This document shows, piece after piece, positions 12,750 to 23,588 of a DNA stretch of 64,000 nt (position 1 is its first letter; each line of letters begins with the position of its first letter). The stretch comes from Azolla caroliniana. Lineage: Eukaryota > Plantae > Polypodiophyta. The position numbers and the translations under genes were made by a program. The stretch lies in the NCBI GenBank assembly GCA_043228905.1, contig JBHGNT010000008.1:6820001-6884000 (forward strand), read 5' to 3'. A model generated the notes under the pieces. The model did no database searches and was not told where the DNA came from. It was given only the letters and a program-made list of their open reading frames with translations.

Positions 12750-15700
12750 TGTAAGGAATAGGCCCTTCTATCCACCTGCTTATCTCGGCCACAACCGATT
12801 AATCGCGGATCAATGGAGCAGAAAATAGGAAACACACGTAGAAACAAAACGAAGAAACGCGAGTACACAAGGATTAACGTGGAAAACCCTAAACGGGGAA
12901 AAACCACGGGAGTACAAGACTCCAAACAACACTATACAGAGAAGTATACAATGACGAGCTCCAAGGCGACGACCTTGAGCTCGCTGTCCTCGCCACAGGC
13001 GGCGGAAATACACAGAGGCGTCTACCTCTTTCTCTCTCGCGCTCTCTCTCTTTCTCTCTCTCACGGCTGCTCTCTCTTCACTCCTCTAAAGTGGAAAAAC
13101 AGAAAAATGAGAAGCAACAGAAAAACTGTTTGCCCTAAGTCATATTTATACTTATATGACTTTGGGCTATTTACAACTATTAGCCTCAGGGGGCTCGTAG
13201 CGAACATATTCACGGATATGTCCCTGCATCCGGATCGCTCTCCGGGTACATTCGTCATCCGGCACCGAAGCCGGGGTCTTCGTCATCCGGATCCGAAACC
13301 GAAACCGGGCTTGTCGGCATTCATCTCCGATATCCGACCATCCCATCCGAAAGGGACCGAAATCCCAACAAACTCCCCCTTCACTTCGGCATGGGATGTC
13401 TTTCCAATCCGATCCTCTTCCGGCATGCTTCCAGCTTGTCGGGTGTGAGCACCTTGGTCAGCATATCCGACCCGTTCTCGTCGGTGTGGATCTTCGTCAG
13501 CATGAACTCCTTGTCTTCTATCCTTTCCCGGATCCAGTGATATCTTCGCTGGATGTGCTTCGTCCGGGAGTGATAGGCTGCGTTCTTCGCAAGGTGGATG
13601 GCACTCTGACTGTCGCAGTGGAGTCGGTACTCCTCTTGCCGGATACCGAGCTCTCTAATGAAGTCCTTCATCCATATTATTTCCTTGCCGGCTTCAACAG
13701 CTGCCATGTACTCCGCCTCCGTGGTTGACAACGCAACCGTCTTCTGCAGCCTCGACTGCCACGAAACAGCTCCCCCTGCATACGTCATCACATACCCTGA
13801 TGTGGACCGGCTGGTATCTGCATCAGCCGACATATCAGAATCAGTAAAGCCTTCGAGTTCGGGCTTACCGGAGCCGAATCGGAGGCACACGTTTGCCGTG
13901 CCCTTCAGGTATCGGAGTATCCACTTGACCGCGTTCCAGTGCTCTTTGCCGGGATTGCTCATGTACCGGCTCACCACTCCGACTGCATATCCTATGTCCG
14001 GTCTCGTACACACCATGGCGTACATCAAGCTCCCGACGGCTGAGGCATACGGCACTTCCATCATATCCTCCTTTTCAGCCTTTGTCTTGGGACTTTGCTT
14101 GCTGGTCAGCTTGCAGTTTGCCGGGAGGGTCGATCCGACCGGTCTTGCTTCCGACATGTTGAACCGTTGAAGCACCTTTGTCACGTACTTCTCCTGTGAC
14201 AGCCACAACTGCTTCTTCTTCCGGTCCCGGATGATGTGCATCCCTAGTATTTGCCTCGCCGGACCCAGGTCCTTCATTGAGAAGGTTCGGTGAAGAGCCT
14301 TCTTCAGCATCCGTATCTTGACCTGGTCCCGTCCGACGATCAACATGTCGTCCACGTACAGGAGGAGTATTAGGAAGTCTCCTCCTTCAAACTTCTTCAC
14401 AAACACGCAGTGGTCGGACTGCGTTTTGAGGTACCCTTCGTCGGTCATGAAGGAGTCGAACTTCCGGTACCATTGCCGGGGAGCCTGCTTCAGTCCGTAA
14501 AGGCTCTTCTTCAACCGGCATACCAGGTGCTCCTTCCCTTTCTTCTCGAATCCTTCCGGTTGCTGCATGTAGATTTCTTCTTCGAGGTCACCGTGAAGGA
14601 ATGCTGTCTTCACGTCCATCTGTTCTACCTCGAGGTCCATGCTTGCCGCTATGCTCAGCACCGTCCGGATGGAGGTCATCTTCACTACCGGGGCAAATAT
14701 CTCGTCGAAGTCGACGCCCTTCTTTTGCTGAAACCCCTTCACCACGATCCTGGCTTTGTATCTCGGGGGGTTTCCGGCATCTCCCGGTTTCAGCTTGAAC
14801 ACCCACTTGTTTCGAAGTGCCCGCTTTCCCTTCGGCAACTCCACAAGTTCATATGTGTGGTTCTCATGCAGGGAATCCATCTCGTCCTGCATGGCACTCA
14901 ACCACCTGCGGCTCTGGGTGTCATGCTTCGCTTCTTCAAAGCTCTCCGGCTCCCCCTCGTCGGTTAGCAACACGTGCTCTGGTTCCGGAAATCTCCGGGG
15001 GGCCCTTCTCTCTCTTAGAGGGTATCTCCGTTCCGGAGCTTCGGTAACCGGTTCTTCCGATTCTTCTTCTTCATCCGAATCCATTTCGGGATCGGGGCCG
15101 GTTCCGGTATCATTTTCATCTTCTTCGGCCGGTTCTGTTTCTTCACTGTCTTCGGCCGGATCCTCGAGTGCTAACCGGTCCCTTGCCGGTCGGGACTGCT
15201 CCTCGTAGAGTTGATCCTCACCGATCGACTTGGAGCTCTTCATCTTCTTCTCCGACTCCCAGTCGGCGAGTGTCTTGTCCTCCATGAAGATGATATCACG
15301 ACTCCGGAATATCTTCTTGTCGACCGGGTCCCATACTCGGTAGCCGAACTCGTCGTCGCCGTAACCGAGGAATATGCATGGCCGGGTCTTCGGATCTAGC
15401 TTTCCTCTCCGGTCCTTTGCCACATGCACGTATGCGAGACACCCGAACACCTTCAGATGCCGGTAGGACACTTCCTTACCCGTCCACACTTTCTGCGGCG
15501 TGTCTCCGTCCAAAGGTACTGAGGGTGATCTGTTTATCACGTATGTCGCCGTCGACATTGCCTCAGCCCAAAACCCCTTGGGTAATTTCGCATGCGCCAG
15601 CATACTCCGGACCCGCTCCATTATGGTCCGGTTCATCCTCTCGGCCAGCCCGTTCAGTTCCGGCGTCTTCGGCACAGTAAACTCGAGTCGGATTCCCTTC

Positions 15701-18107
15701 GAGCGACAGTACTCCTGGAACTGCCCCCGGTATTCCCCTCCGTTATCCGCTCGTATCGCTTTCAGCTTCTTGCCGGATTCCCTTTCCACTCTCGCGTGGA
15801 GTTCTTTGAAGACGGACAACACTTGGTCCTTTGTCTTCAACGGTGCCGTCCACAGCTTCCGGCTGTGATCATCAATGAATGTCACGAAGTACTGGGCTCC
15901 GCCATGTGACTTCGTTTCTACCTGACACACATCAGTGTGCACCAACTCCAATGGTGCGCTACGTCTCGTCGGTGGCCTTGAGTGGAAGGAGGTTCGGTTC
16001 TGCTTACCGGCCAGGCAATCGGTGCACTTCTCCAGGTGCACGTGCTTCACTGGGATGAGGTTGTCTTCTGCAAGCCTCTTCATCCCCTTCTCACTCATGT
16101 GGCACAGTCTTTTGTGCCACAGCTCACCGGCAGTGTCGGCTGCCACATTCAGCTCTTCCGGACATAACCGGGCATTCATCAGGTACAGTGTGTTGACCTT
16201 CCGGGCCCGAACCACTATCAAGCTCCCCTTGCTGAACTTCATGACACTGTTCTGGATGCTACCCGTGTAGCCTTCATCATCTAGCCTCCCGGCCGAAATC
16301 AGGTTCAATCGGACCTCCGGAACGTGTCGGACATCTTTCAGCAGCATTTTGCATCCGGTCGGGGTTGTCAACCACACGTCTCCTATGCCGGCAATCCGGC
16401 ACGTACCTTCATTTCCCATCCGAACACAGCCATGCTCGCCGGCTGTGTAGGATGAGAAGTATCTTCTCTCCGGGGTCAGGTGGAACGATGCTCCGGAATC
16501 GACCACCCAGGTCGTCTCATCGCCGGCAACGTTTAGCTCACCTTCTTCGATGATGAGCATGATTTCTTCCTCACTTGCCGCGAGTGCCGTTGTTCCTTTC
16601 CGGTCTTGCCCTCGCCGATCCGAACCTCTCCGGTCCGTGGCTCCCCGGTATGCACCGTTTCTCTCCGGTGACTTCTTCGAGTCGGTGTCGTCGGCTCCGT
16701 TGTCTTTTCGGTAATGCCGACAATTCTTTCGGAAGTGCCCCGGCTTCCCACAGTGGAAGCATGTGGGCCTTCCTCTTGACTGCGACCGGGTCCCCGACTT
16801 CTCCCGTCTTTGCGGACTCCGGTTCCATTGTCTTCCCCGATCCGATTCGGTAAACAGCATCTTCGGGTCGGAGGCCGGTTCCTTATCTCTCCGACGCGCT
16901 TCTTCATTCAGAATACTTGTCTTTACAGTTTGTAAGGACAAGTTATCTTCGGTGCACGAGGTGCTGAGAGTCACCACCAAGTTCTCCCAGCTTTCCGGCA
17001 ATGTACACATCAGGATGATGGCTTGCATTGCATCCTCCAACGGGAACTTGATCGCCGCAAGCTGGTTCACGAATCCCATGAACGTGCTTACGTGTTCCAC
17101 CATACTCTCGCCGTCCCGATACTTGAGATTCACAATCTTCCTCATCAGGGAGGTCCGGTTCAACGCATTCTTCCTCTCATAGAGGCCAGACAGCTTCTTC
17201 CACATCTCGTATGCGTTGGTGTCGTTCGCCACATGTTGCAGGACGCTTACGTCGACATATTGTCGGATCGTCGCTACGGCTTTCCGGTTCAGGAGCTTCC
17301 ACTCCGACTCAAGTACCCCCTTCGGTATTTCCGACCTGTCAATCGGTTCGTACAGGTCCCGAACAATCAGAAGATCCTCCATCTTGATCTTCCAGTCGGC
17401 GTAATTCTGTGCATTCAGCACCATCATCATCGGCTGCCCGCTGCCGCCGCCTTCCATTTTCTGCAACAGTCGCTCTGATACCAGTTTGTAAGGAATAGGC
17501 CCTTCTATCCACCTGCTTATCTCGGCCACAACCGATTAATCGCGGATCAATGGAGCAGAAAATAGGAAACACACGTAGAAACAAAACGAAGAAACGCGAG
17601 TACACAAGGATTAACGTGGAAAACCCTAAACGGGGAAAAACCACGGGAGTACAAGACTCCAAACAACACTATACAGAGAAGTATACAATGACGAGCTCCA
17701 AGGCGACGACCTTGAGCTCGCTGTCCTCGCCACAGGCGGCGGAAATACACAGAGGCGTCTACCTCTTTCTCTCTCGCGCTCTCTCTCTTTCTCTCTCTCA
17801 CGGCTGCTCTCTCTTCACTCCTCTAAAGTGGAAAAACAGAAAAATGAGAAGCAACAGAAAAACTGTTTGCCCTAAGTCATATTTATACTTATATGACTTT
17901 GGGCTATTTACAACTATTAGCCTCAGGGGGCTCGTAGCGAACATATTCACGGATATGTCCCTGCATCCGGATCGCTCTCCGGGTACATTCGTCATCCGGC
18001 ACCGAAGCCGGGGTCTTCGTCATCCGGATCCGAAACCGAAACCGGGCTTGTCGGCATTCATCTCCGATATCCGACCATCCCATCCGAAAGGGACCGAAAT
18101 CCCAACA
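12750..18107 (-). mobile_element. Intact, very young Ty1/Copia retrotransposon (Tnt1-like), 5,358 bp
   Basis: Two 621-bp LTRs (12750-13370, 17487-18107) that look identical. TSD AGTAG/AGTAG, PBS TGGTATCAGAGC (17472-17483), PPT AGGGGGAGTT (13371-13380), one uninterrupted ORF. Confidence 0.98.
13381..17457 (-). CDS. Copia Gag-Pol polyprotein (Gag, CCHC knuckle, protease, integrase, RT, RNaseH), 1,358 aa
   Basis: CFHCGKPGHFRKNC, WVVDSGAS, HKRLCH..CTDC, VHTDVC/ADNGGEY/NGLAER, LYVDDML, FTDSD, GSDMLTK. First ATG after the PBS is at 17457; the track ORF extends to 17529 in the LTR. Confidence 0.96.
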   Translation of the reverse strand: MEGGGSGQPMMMVLNAQNYADWKIKMEDLLIVRDLYEPIDRSEIPKGVLESEWKLLNRKAVATIRQYVDVSVLQHVANDTNAYEMWKKLSGLYERKNALNRTSLMRKIVNLKYRDGESMVEHVSTFMGFVNQLAAIKFPLEDAMQAIILMCTLPESWENLVVTLSTSCTEDNLSLQTVKTSILNEEARRRDKEPASDPKMLFTESDRGRQWNRSPQRREKSGTRSQSRGRPTCFHCGKPGHFRKNCRHYRKDNGADDTDSKKSPERNGAYRGATDRRGSDRRGQDRKGTTALAASEEEIMLIIEEGELNVAGDETTWVVDSGASFHLTPERRYFSSYTAGEHGCVRMGNEGTCRIAGIGDVWLTTPTGCKMLLKDVRHVPEVRLNLISAGRLDDEGYTGSIQNSVMKFSKGSLIVVRARKVNTLYLMNARLCPEELNVAADTAGELWHKRLCHMSEKGMKRLAEDNLIPVKHVHLEKCTDCLAGKQNRTSFHSRPPTRRSAPLELVHTDVCQVETKSHGGAQYFVTFIDDHSRKLWTAPLKTKDQVLSVFKELHARVERESGKKLKAIRADNGGEYRGQFQEYCRSKGIRLEFTVPKTPELNGLAERMNRTIMERVRSMLAHAKLPKGFWAEAMSTATYVINRSPSVPLDGDTPQKVWTGKEVSYRHLKVFGCLAYVHVAKDRRGKLDPKTRPCIFLGYGDDEFGYRVWDPVDKKIFRSRDIIFMEDKTLADWESEKKMKSSKSIGEDQLYEEQSRPARDRLALEDPAEDSEETEPAEEDENDTGTGPDPEMDSDEEEESEEPVTEAPERRYPLRERRAPRRFPEPEHVLLTDEGEPESFEEAKHDTQSRRWLSAMQDEMDSLHENHTYELVELPKGKRALRNKWVFKLKPGDAGNPPRYKARIVVKGFQQKKGVDFDEIFAPVVKMTSIRTVLSIAASMDLEVEQMDVKTAFLHGDLEEEIYMQQPEGFEKKGKEHLVCRLKKSLYGLKQAPRQWYRKFDSFMTDEGYLKTQSDHCVFVKKFEGGDFLILLLYVDDMLIVGRDQVKIRMLKKALHRTFSMKDLGPARQILGMHIIRDRKKKQLWLSQEKYVTKVLQRFNMSEARPVGSTLPANCKLTSKQSPKTKAEKEDMMEVPYASAVGSLMYAMVCTRPDIGYAVGVVSRYMSNPGKEHWNAVKWILRYLKGTANVCLRFGSGKPELEGFTDSDMSADADTSRSTSGYVMTYAGGAVSWQSRLQKTVALSTTEAEYMAAVEAGKEIIWMKDFIRELGIRQEEYRLHCDSQSAIHLAKNAAYHSRTKHIQRRYHWIRERIEDKEFMLTKIHTDENGSDMLTKVLTPDKLEACRKRIGLERHPMPK

Positions 18108-18112
18108 AGTAG

Positions 18113-19195
18113 ACCTTTGCTCATATTCCACTCTTTCGAGAATGGGTGTCGGTGTTGCTTGCCGAATTGGCACGCTTCGCATACACCTTCAATCTCCTTC
18201 TCTTTGAATGTTGGGAGTCCGATGACGACTCCTTTCGATTTCATTGCTTTGAGTTTGTTGAGATTGGTGTGGCCGATTCGCTTGTGCCATAGCTCTATGT
18301 CGAACTCGGCTTTCGTGCTTTTTGTGAACATGGTGGATTTCATCTCGTGTGAATTAGGAATGAACATCCAACCCTCTCTTCTTCCGCGCACGATGATTCG
18401 ACCCTCTTTTTCGATGAAGCACCCTTCTTGGTTGATTCATACTTGCATCCATTGCTCAACCATTCGGCCGACCGATACCATTTTTAATGTATGTTTGCTT
18501 GCCTCTTTTGCCGAACGGAACATCGCCGATGTGCCGAATCGGGTGCGTAGTGTCATCTCCGGTTTCGACATCTCCGGTTTCGTCGTTTGGGTGCGGGTAG
18601 AGCATGTGGCCTTCCGACTCATTGCTCCTTGTATGCACATGGTTTTCTTCGACCAATAGCATTGATTGGAGCTCGAAGAAGGAGGGAGATTTCTCCCGTG
18701 CTAGAATGGCGGTTCGCATCGCGCCGAACCGTGGTGCGAGGCCACTGAGGCATATTTTCACCATCTCATCATCATCGATATTTACGCTTATCGAGCTAAG
18801 AGAATCGCAAAGCTCCTTGAGCTTCGAGGTGTATGTCGTGATGAACATGTCCCTTTGTTGAATGTTCAACTCTTGGCGGAGTTGAAGCCTTCTTGCGGTT
18901 GTGTTCGCCGCGAAAATCTTTCGTAGATTTTCCCATGCCTCCTTCGGCGTCTTGGCTTCGCGAATGTAGCCGAGCATGTGATCGTGAACACATGTCACCA
19001 AGCAATACATCACGCGGCTTGCGGCTTACTCCCATATCACATATCCGGGAGCCGCTTCGGCGGGTCGATCTTCGTGCTCTCCTTTGATATAGCTCCAATA
19101 GCCTTGTCCAACCAGGTATTGGTGCATCTTGTTGTACTCCCAAGATGCGAAGCTGTTTCGATCTAACTTATCGATAGGGAGAGCGCTCCCCATTT
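18113..19195 (-). pseudogene. Gag/protease/GAG-pre-integrase part of the host Copia (deleted, frameshifted)
   Basis: MGSALPIDKLDRNSFASWEY, LWHKRIGH..CEACQFGKQHR. Joins 12749 across the TSD. Confidence 0.85.
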
Positions 19196-19316
19196 GAATA
19201 TTCATTATGTCGATTCTTCTTCTTCTTCTTCTCTCTTCCAATGCGAGCTATGTAGCGAAGCTATGATAGCGATGAGCCGGTTCTTCTTGAACGTCGACGT
19301 AGAGCTCAACACACGC
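19196..19316 (-). mobile_element. Start of another Copia 3' LTR (TGTTGAGCTC.. from 19311); its PPT and 3' UTR continue at 26349-26812
   Basis: Removing the Gypsy at 19317-26348 restores GGCTGAGGAGCGCG-TGTTGAG, similar to the TTGAGGGGGCG-TGTTGAG PPT/LTR junctions elsewhere in the window. Confidence 0.5.
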
Positions 19317-19837
19317 TGTCGTGCCCTTCGGCTCCGGATCGTTGCGTGAGTCGGGTGGGAACCGCCGAGGTTTTTGACTAGGAGGAAGAGGAATACAACT
19401 TAAGGCTAGTTATGAATAGTGGAAAGAGAAGTAAGATAGCAATCTCGTGAATCCCACGAGTTTAGTGTAATTAAAACAATATTTAGATTATTAGAGCAAT
19501 TAGATGGCAAAATTCGTGAATCCCACGAATCTATTAGATTGATCAACTCTTCTATATTAATCAACAACCATATACATATTTTTCTCCTCCTTATATAAAG
19601 ATGGAAGAGGCTAAGCATGGCTTCATGCTTTTTCACCTAAAGTGTCCATGCACACTAAATGTGCATGTGATGCTTTGTCATTTCCTAAATATAGGGCTCA
19701 TGCACGCTAGATGTGCATGAGTCACTTTTAATGTCACGTGTAAATAAAATATTCACACTCTAAAGAATACATGATGTTTACCTTTTAATAAAGGTCGTAT
19801 ACGTATTAAATCTATATTTATAACACTAAAGATAAGT

Positions 19838-19895
19838 TATTACAATGGTAAAGTTGGGGTTTATCTACGTGGAGGTGCATGGTTTGAATCCTGCC
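19838..19895 (+). promoter_or_regulatory. tRNA-like A/B-box module in the U3 of the Gypsy A LTR (second copy 26182-26239)
   Basis: TATTACAATGG, then GGTTTGAATCC 43 nt later, preceded by GAGGT and with a T-arm-like stem. Confidence 0.55.
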
Positions 19896-20004
19896 CTATG
19901 CACGTGATAAATTCTTTTGATATATTATTTATCTAGTTATATGTATCTAAAATCAGATATATTATTTTATGGTTTTCACGTAGTGTGTGGAATACACTAC
20001 GACA

Positions 20005-23000
20005 CTCGCCCCCTCCGAACCCGCACATCCTCCGGTATGTGCCGAAGTTCTCGATTCCCCATATCCGTCTTCACCCAAAGCTTCCTCCGATTCTCCCCTT
20101 ATGTCGACTATGAGTTGTAATTCACTTTCTTCGCTTCCCGCATCACCGTGGTCTTCGTCCAATTGCTCCTCGTTGTCGGCCTTGGCTTGGATCACATAGG
20201 GTTTGTCGTCGGTTCGCTTCTTGAAAATCTTCACCCGCTTCCCGGCTATAGGCACTCGTAGTATTGTTCCATCCAACTCGGACAGTTGGTACGTTCCGTT
20301 GTCGAAGACTTTCCGAACCTCGTATGGCCCGAACCACCTTCTCGCGAATTTCCGCATCGTTGTATGTTGATGGTCCAAACTACTGTCATAGACGATCACC
20401 CAGTCTCCTTCTTCAATCCTCCTCGGTCGTAGTCGGTGCTTTGTGTCGAACCGGCTTTTGTTCCTTAATCGTGCTTCTTGTTGTCGGCGTATTGCTTCCG
20501 CTATGTCTGCCGGTCTCCCCTCTAGTTGTTGTATCCGGACTGCTAGTAGTTCTTCCCGGCTCATCTCTTCCTTCCACGGTAGCACTGTCCATGTTGCGAT
20601 TGCGTTTTCCGTCGGCATTACCGGTGCTTGTCCGGTCATGAGTTCTGCCGGCATGTAACCGGTTATGGAGCTATGCGTCGTCCGATCCGCCCATAGTGCA
20701 TACGGAAGCATCTGCGGCCACTCCTTCACCTTTCCATCGCATGCCTTCGCAAGTGCTTTTACGATCGGACTATGTCCTCGTTCGATTTTCCCGTTGGCCT
20801 CCGGATTGTATGCCGTTGTCAGCGATAACCGAACTCCGTGTTTGGCGAAGAATCCCCTAGCTTTGTCCGAGTCGAGTTCTCCCCGGTCTGCAATCACTTG
20901 TCCTACGCACCCTACCTACAAAATACTTCTTCCAAAAGAAATTGGCATACCGCGGAACACGTTTTCCTCTGAAGCGCTCGACCTTCTACTTGATTCGTGA
21001 GATCTTCCCGAGCTAATACCAAGTATTTCTTTTGTCCGATCCCGGTCGGCATGGCCACTATGTCGACCATCCACTTGAAGTTGATTGTCGGTGAGAATGT
21101 CGTATGTAACTCATCTCGATGTCGAACCCCGGAGTAGACTTGACATTTCTCGCAGCTTTCGGTAAACTCCGCGATATCTTTGTACATTTTCTTCCACCAA
21201 TATTTTTGCTTGATCTTCACAAATGTTGCCCATGTTCCTCGGTGTCCAGCCCAATCGGATTCGTGAAACTCAGACATTATCCGGTTTCGTTGCTCTTTTG
21301 TCCCGACTACTCGAAGTGGTATACCATCCTGTCTTTTCGGCGCCCTCCATATTAATCCGTTTTCCAAGAAGAACTTTTGGACTTGCCTCTTCTTCCTTCG
21401 GATCTCGGCTCTTCTTCCTTTATCGTTTGTCGAGTCCTCGGCCTCTTGTAACATCTTTCCGATCATCAAACTTTCTCCCTCATATTCTTCTTCCCGAAAT
21501 TCTCGGATTACGTTCACTCGGCATATGTGCTCCGACGCGAAGTAGTCTTCGGAAACTTCTTCATTATCCGATTCGGTTATGTCGTCTCCGAACCGAGCCC
21601 TTGATAACATATCCGCTACCACGTTTTCCTTCCCCGAGATGTGTCGAACCTCCGGATTAAGCGACTTGACATATGCAACCCACCTTAGCATAGCTACATC
21701 TGGTATCGTACAACACCGCATCATCCCGAGTATCGGAAGACAATCCGTCTCGATCACCACTTCGGCTCCAATCAAATAATCCCGATCCGATTTTATCGCC
21801 GACACGACTCCCCACAGTTCTCTTTTGACTTGTGCATATCCACGTTGCCTTTCGTTGAGAACCTTTGCTCCGAATCGGATCGGATACCGCGAAACATCCG
21901 AGTCGGCTTGATTGATGACCCACCCGATACCGGTTGGACTTGTATCAACCGTTACTATGATCGGTCGGTCGTAGCTCGGCTTCTTAAGTGCTTCCGCCCT
22001 CCGAAGTGTCTTCTTCAATTTCTTCATGGCTTTGGTGTGTTCCGGTTTCCATTCGAATTTCTTACCTTTCCGCAACAAGTGGTAGAGCGGGTCCGCTATA
22101 TGTGCATAGTGTGGAATCCATATGTGATAGAATGCACATGCACCGAGAAACCTTCGGACTTCGGATGTTGACTCGCATACTTCCTCCATAGCTTGAATCG
22201 CATCGATATTTGTTGGTGACGGTCTTCGGCCGTAGGGCCCACATAGATGTCCGACCACCAATATTTCTTCTTGCCCGAATGCCGATTTCTCCCCGGAAAG
22301 TGTTAGGTGCACATCTTCTAGCTTTCGCAACACTTTCTCGCAAGCATGAATATGGTCGACCACGAACTTTCGGCATCCCCGATCATCCATAGTCTCATCT
22401 TTTTCTTCGACCGCGCATCCTTTCATCGGAATGTCATCGAGGAACGGCATCGTTATCTCCGGAATGCAGTCTCGAAGCACCTTGTTCATCGCGTTCATCA
22501 TATGAGCAACCGAGTTTGTCGCTCCTTGTGGTAGTGTGCACATTCGGTGTTCGCATGGTCGTGATGTCTCGGCTCTCCACGGCTAGTTGGAATTGGTCAT
22601 ACCCCGAGTATAGGTCTCCGATGGAGTATATCGCACGACCGGCAAAAGCTTCTGCAAATTCGTCCACTATCGGACCGACTCCCGTGTTCCGGATCGTGAC
22701 CTTATTCACCGGTTGCAAGTCTTGGATAAATCGGAGTGACCCATTCTTCTTCGGAACCGTAAACCATCGATTTGAGTACGGAGCAGGTGATGGCTCTAGA
22801 ATCCCCATCGCCACCTTCTCCTTGAGCAAGTCAATGACTTTCGGAATATACGCTCGTGGCACCGGAATCGGCTTCAGATTCCACGGTACATGGTCAATCG
22901 TAAAGATCACCATCGGCTCCACTATTCTCGGATCGACGCACCCTATCTCCCTTGATGTAAATGCAAACGCTTTGCCGTGTTGCTCCAACATCTCGCGAAA

Positions 23001-23588
23001 CCGTTCTTCTTCTTTCTGTAATAGGAACCCACCTCCACCGATCCGAAGTTTCTTCCGGGTCTCATTCGTGAAGGCATGTCCGATATCCACGAACTTCCGA
23101 AGTGTCGGATCTCCTGAGACTTCTTTCCTCTTTTGTTCGCTATCGGCGGGTAGTGGTCCCGCAGCCGGTTTCACCTTCTTCTCCACGGTCTTGTATTTCG
23201 TACTTACCATTGCTTCTTCTTTACGGAGCGTATCCGGCTCCATTTTCGCAATGATCTCGTACATCTCGACCAATTCCACCGGGACTACCCGGTTCCCTTG
23301 GCTTTTATCTTCCGCAAGCTCTTCAAGTCGTTGTAGCGTGCTCCCATAGAACACTTCCTCGACTATCCCCACGATTTCTTCATCTTCTTTTATTATTGAT
23401 GCCGACCGCAACTTATCCTCCACTTGTCGGTATCCTTTCTTCAATCCTCCGGTTACGGTTGTGTACGTAGATGCCCCATCCGGACCGATCCGTACATGTT
23501 TTGCACCGAGAGTTTTCTTCCTGTGTGGGGTATCAGGGCTTCTCGGACTATCACTTCCCCACTCCGCAACAGTCCGCTTTAAAAATCC
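20005..23588 (-). pseudogene. Gypsy Pol (RT-RNaseH-integrase) in the -1 frame, with two frameshifting lesions
   Basis: YSNRWFTVPKK, DLYSGYDQ, LPQGATNS, FLDD, VDTSPTG, ADMLSR, GHRG..CEKC, DRGE, NGKIERG, WFGPY. Breaks near 22540 and 20912. Confidence 0.9.
23545..23588 (-). promoter_or_regulatory. Putative -1 programmed ribosomal frameshift signal (G GAT TTT + 6 nt + 10-bp stem)
   Basis: Heptamer at 23588-23582 lies directly before the gag stop. Stem GGACTGTTGC/GTGATAGTCC. The -1 frame is open into pol. Confidence 0.75.

Noticed and set aside
12813-13448. 211-aa and 369-aa (17550-18659) plus-strand ORFs
   Set aside because: They are antisense readings through the LTR with no recognisable domain, duplicated only because the LTR is.
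17458-17529. N-terminal extension of the 1382-aa ORF
   Set aside because: It starts inside the LTR and crosses the PBS; the ATG at 17457 is the more plausible start.
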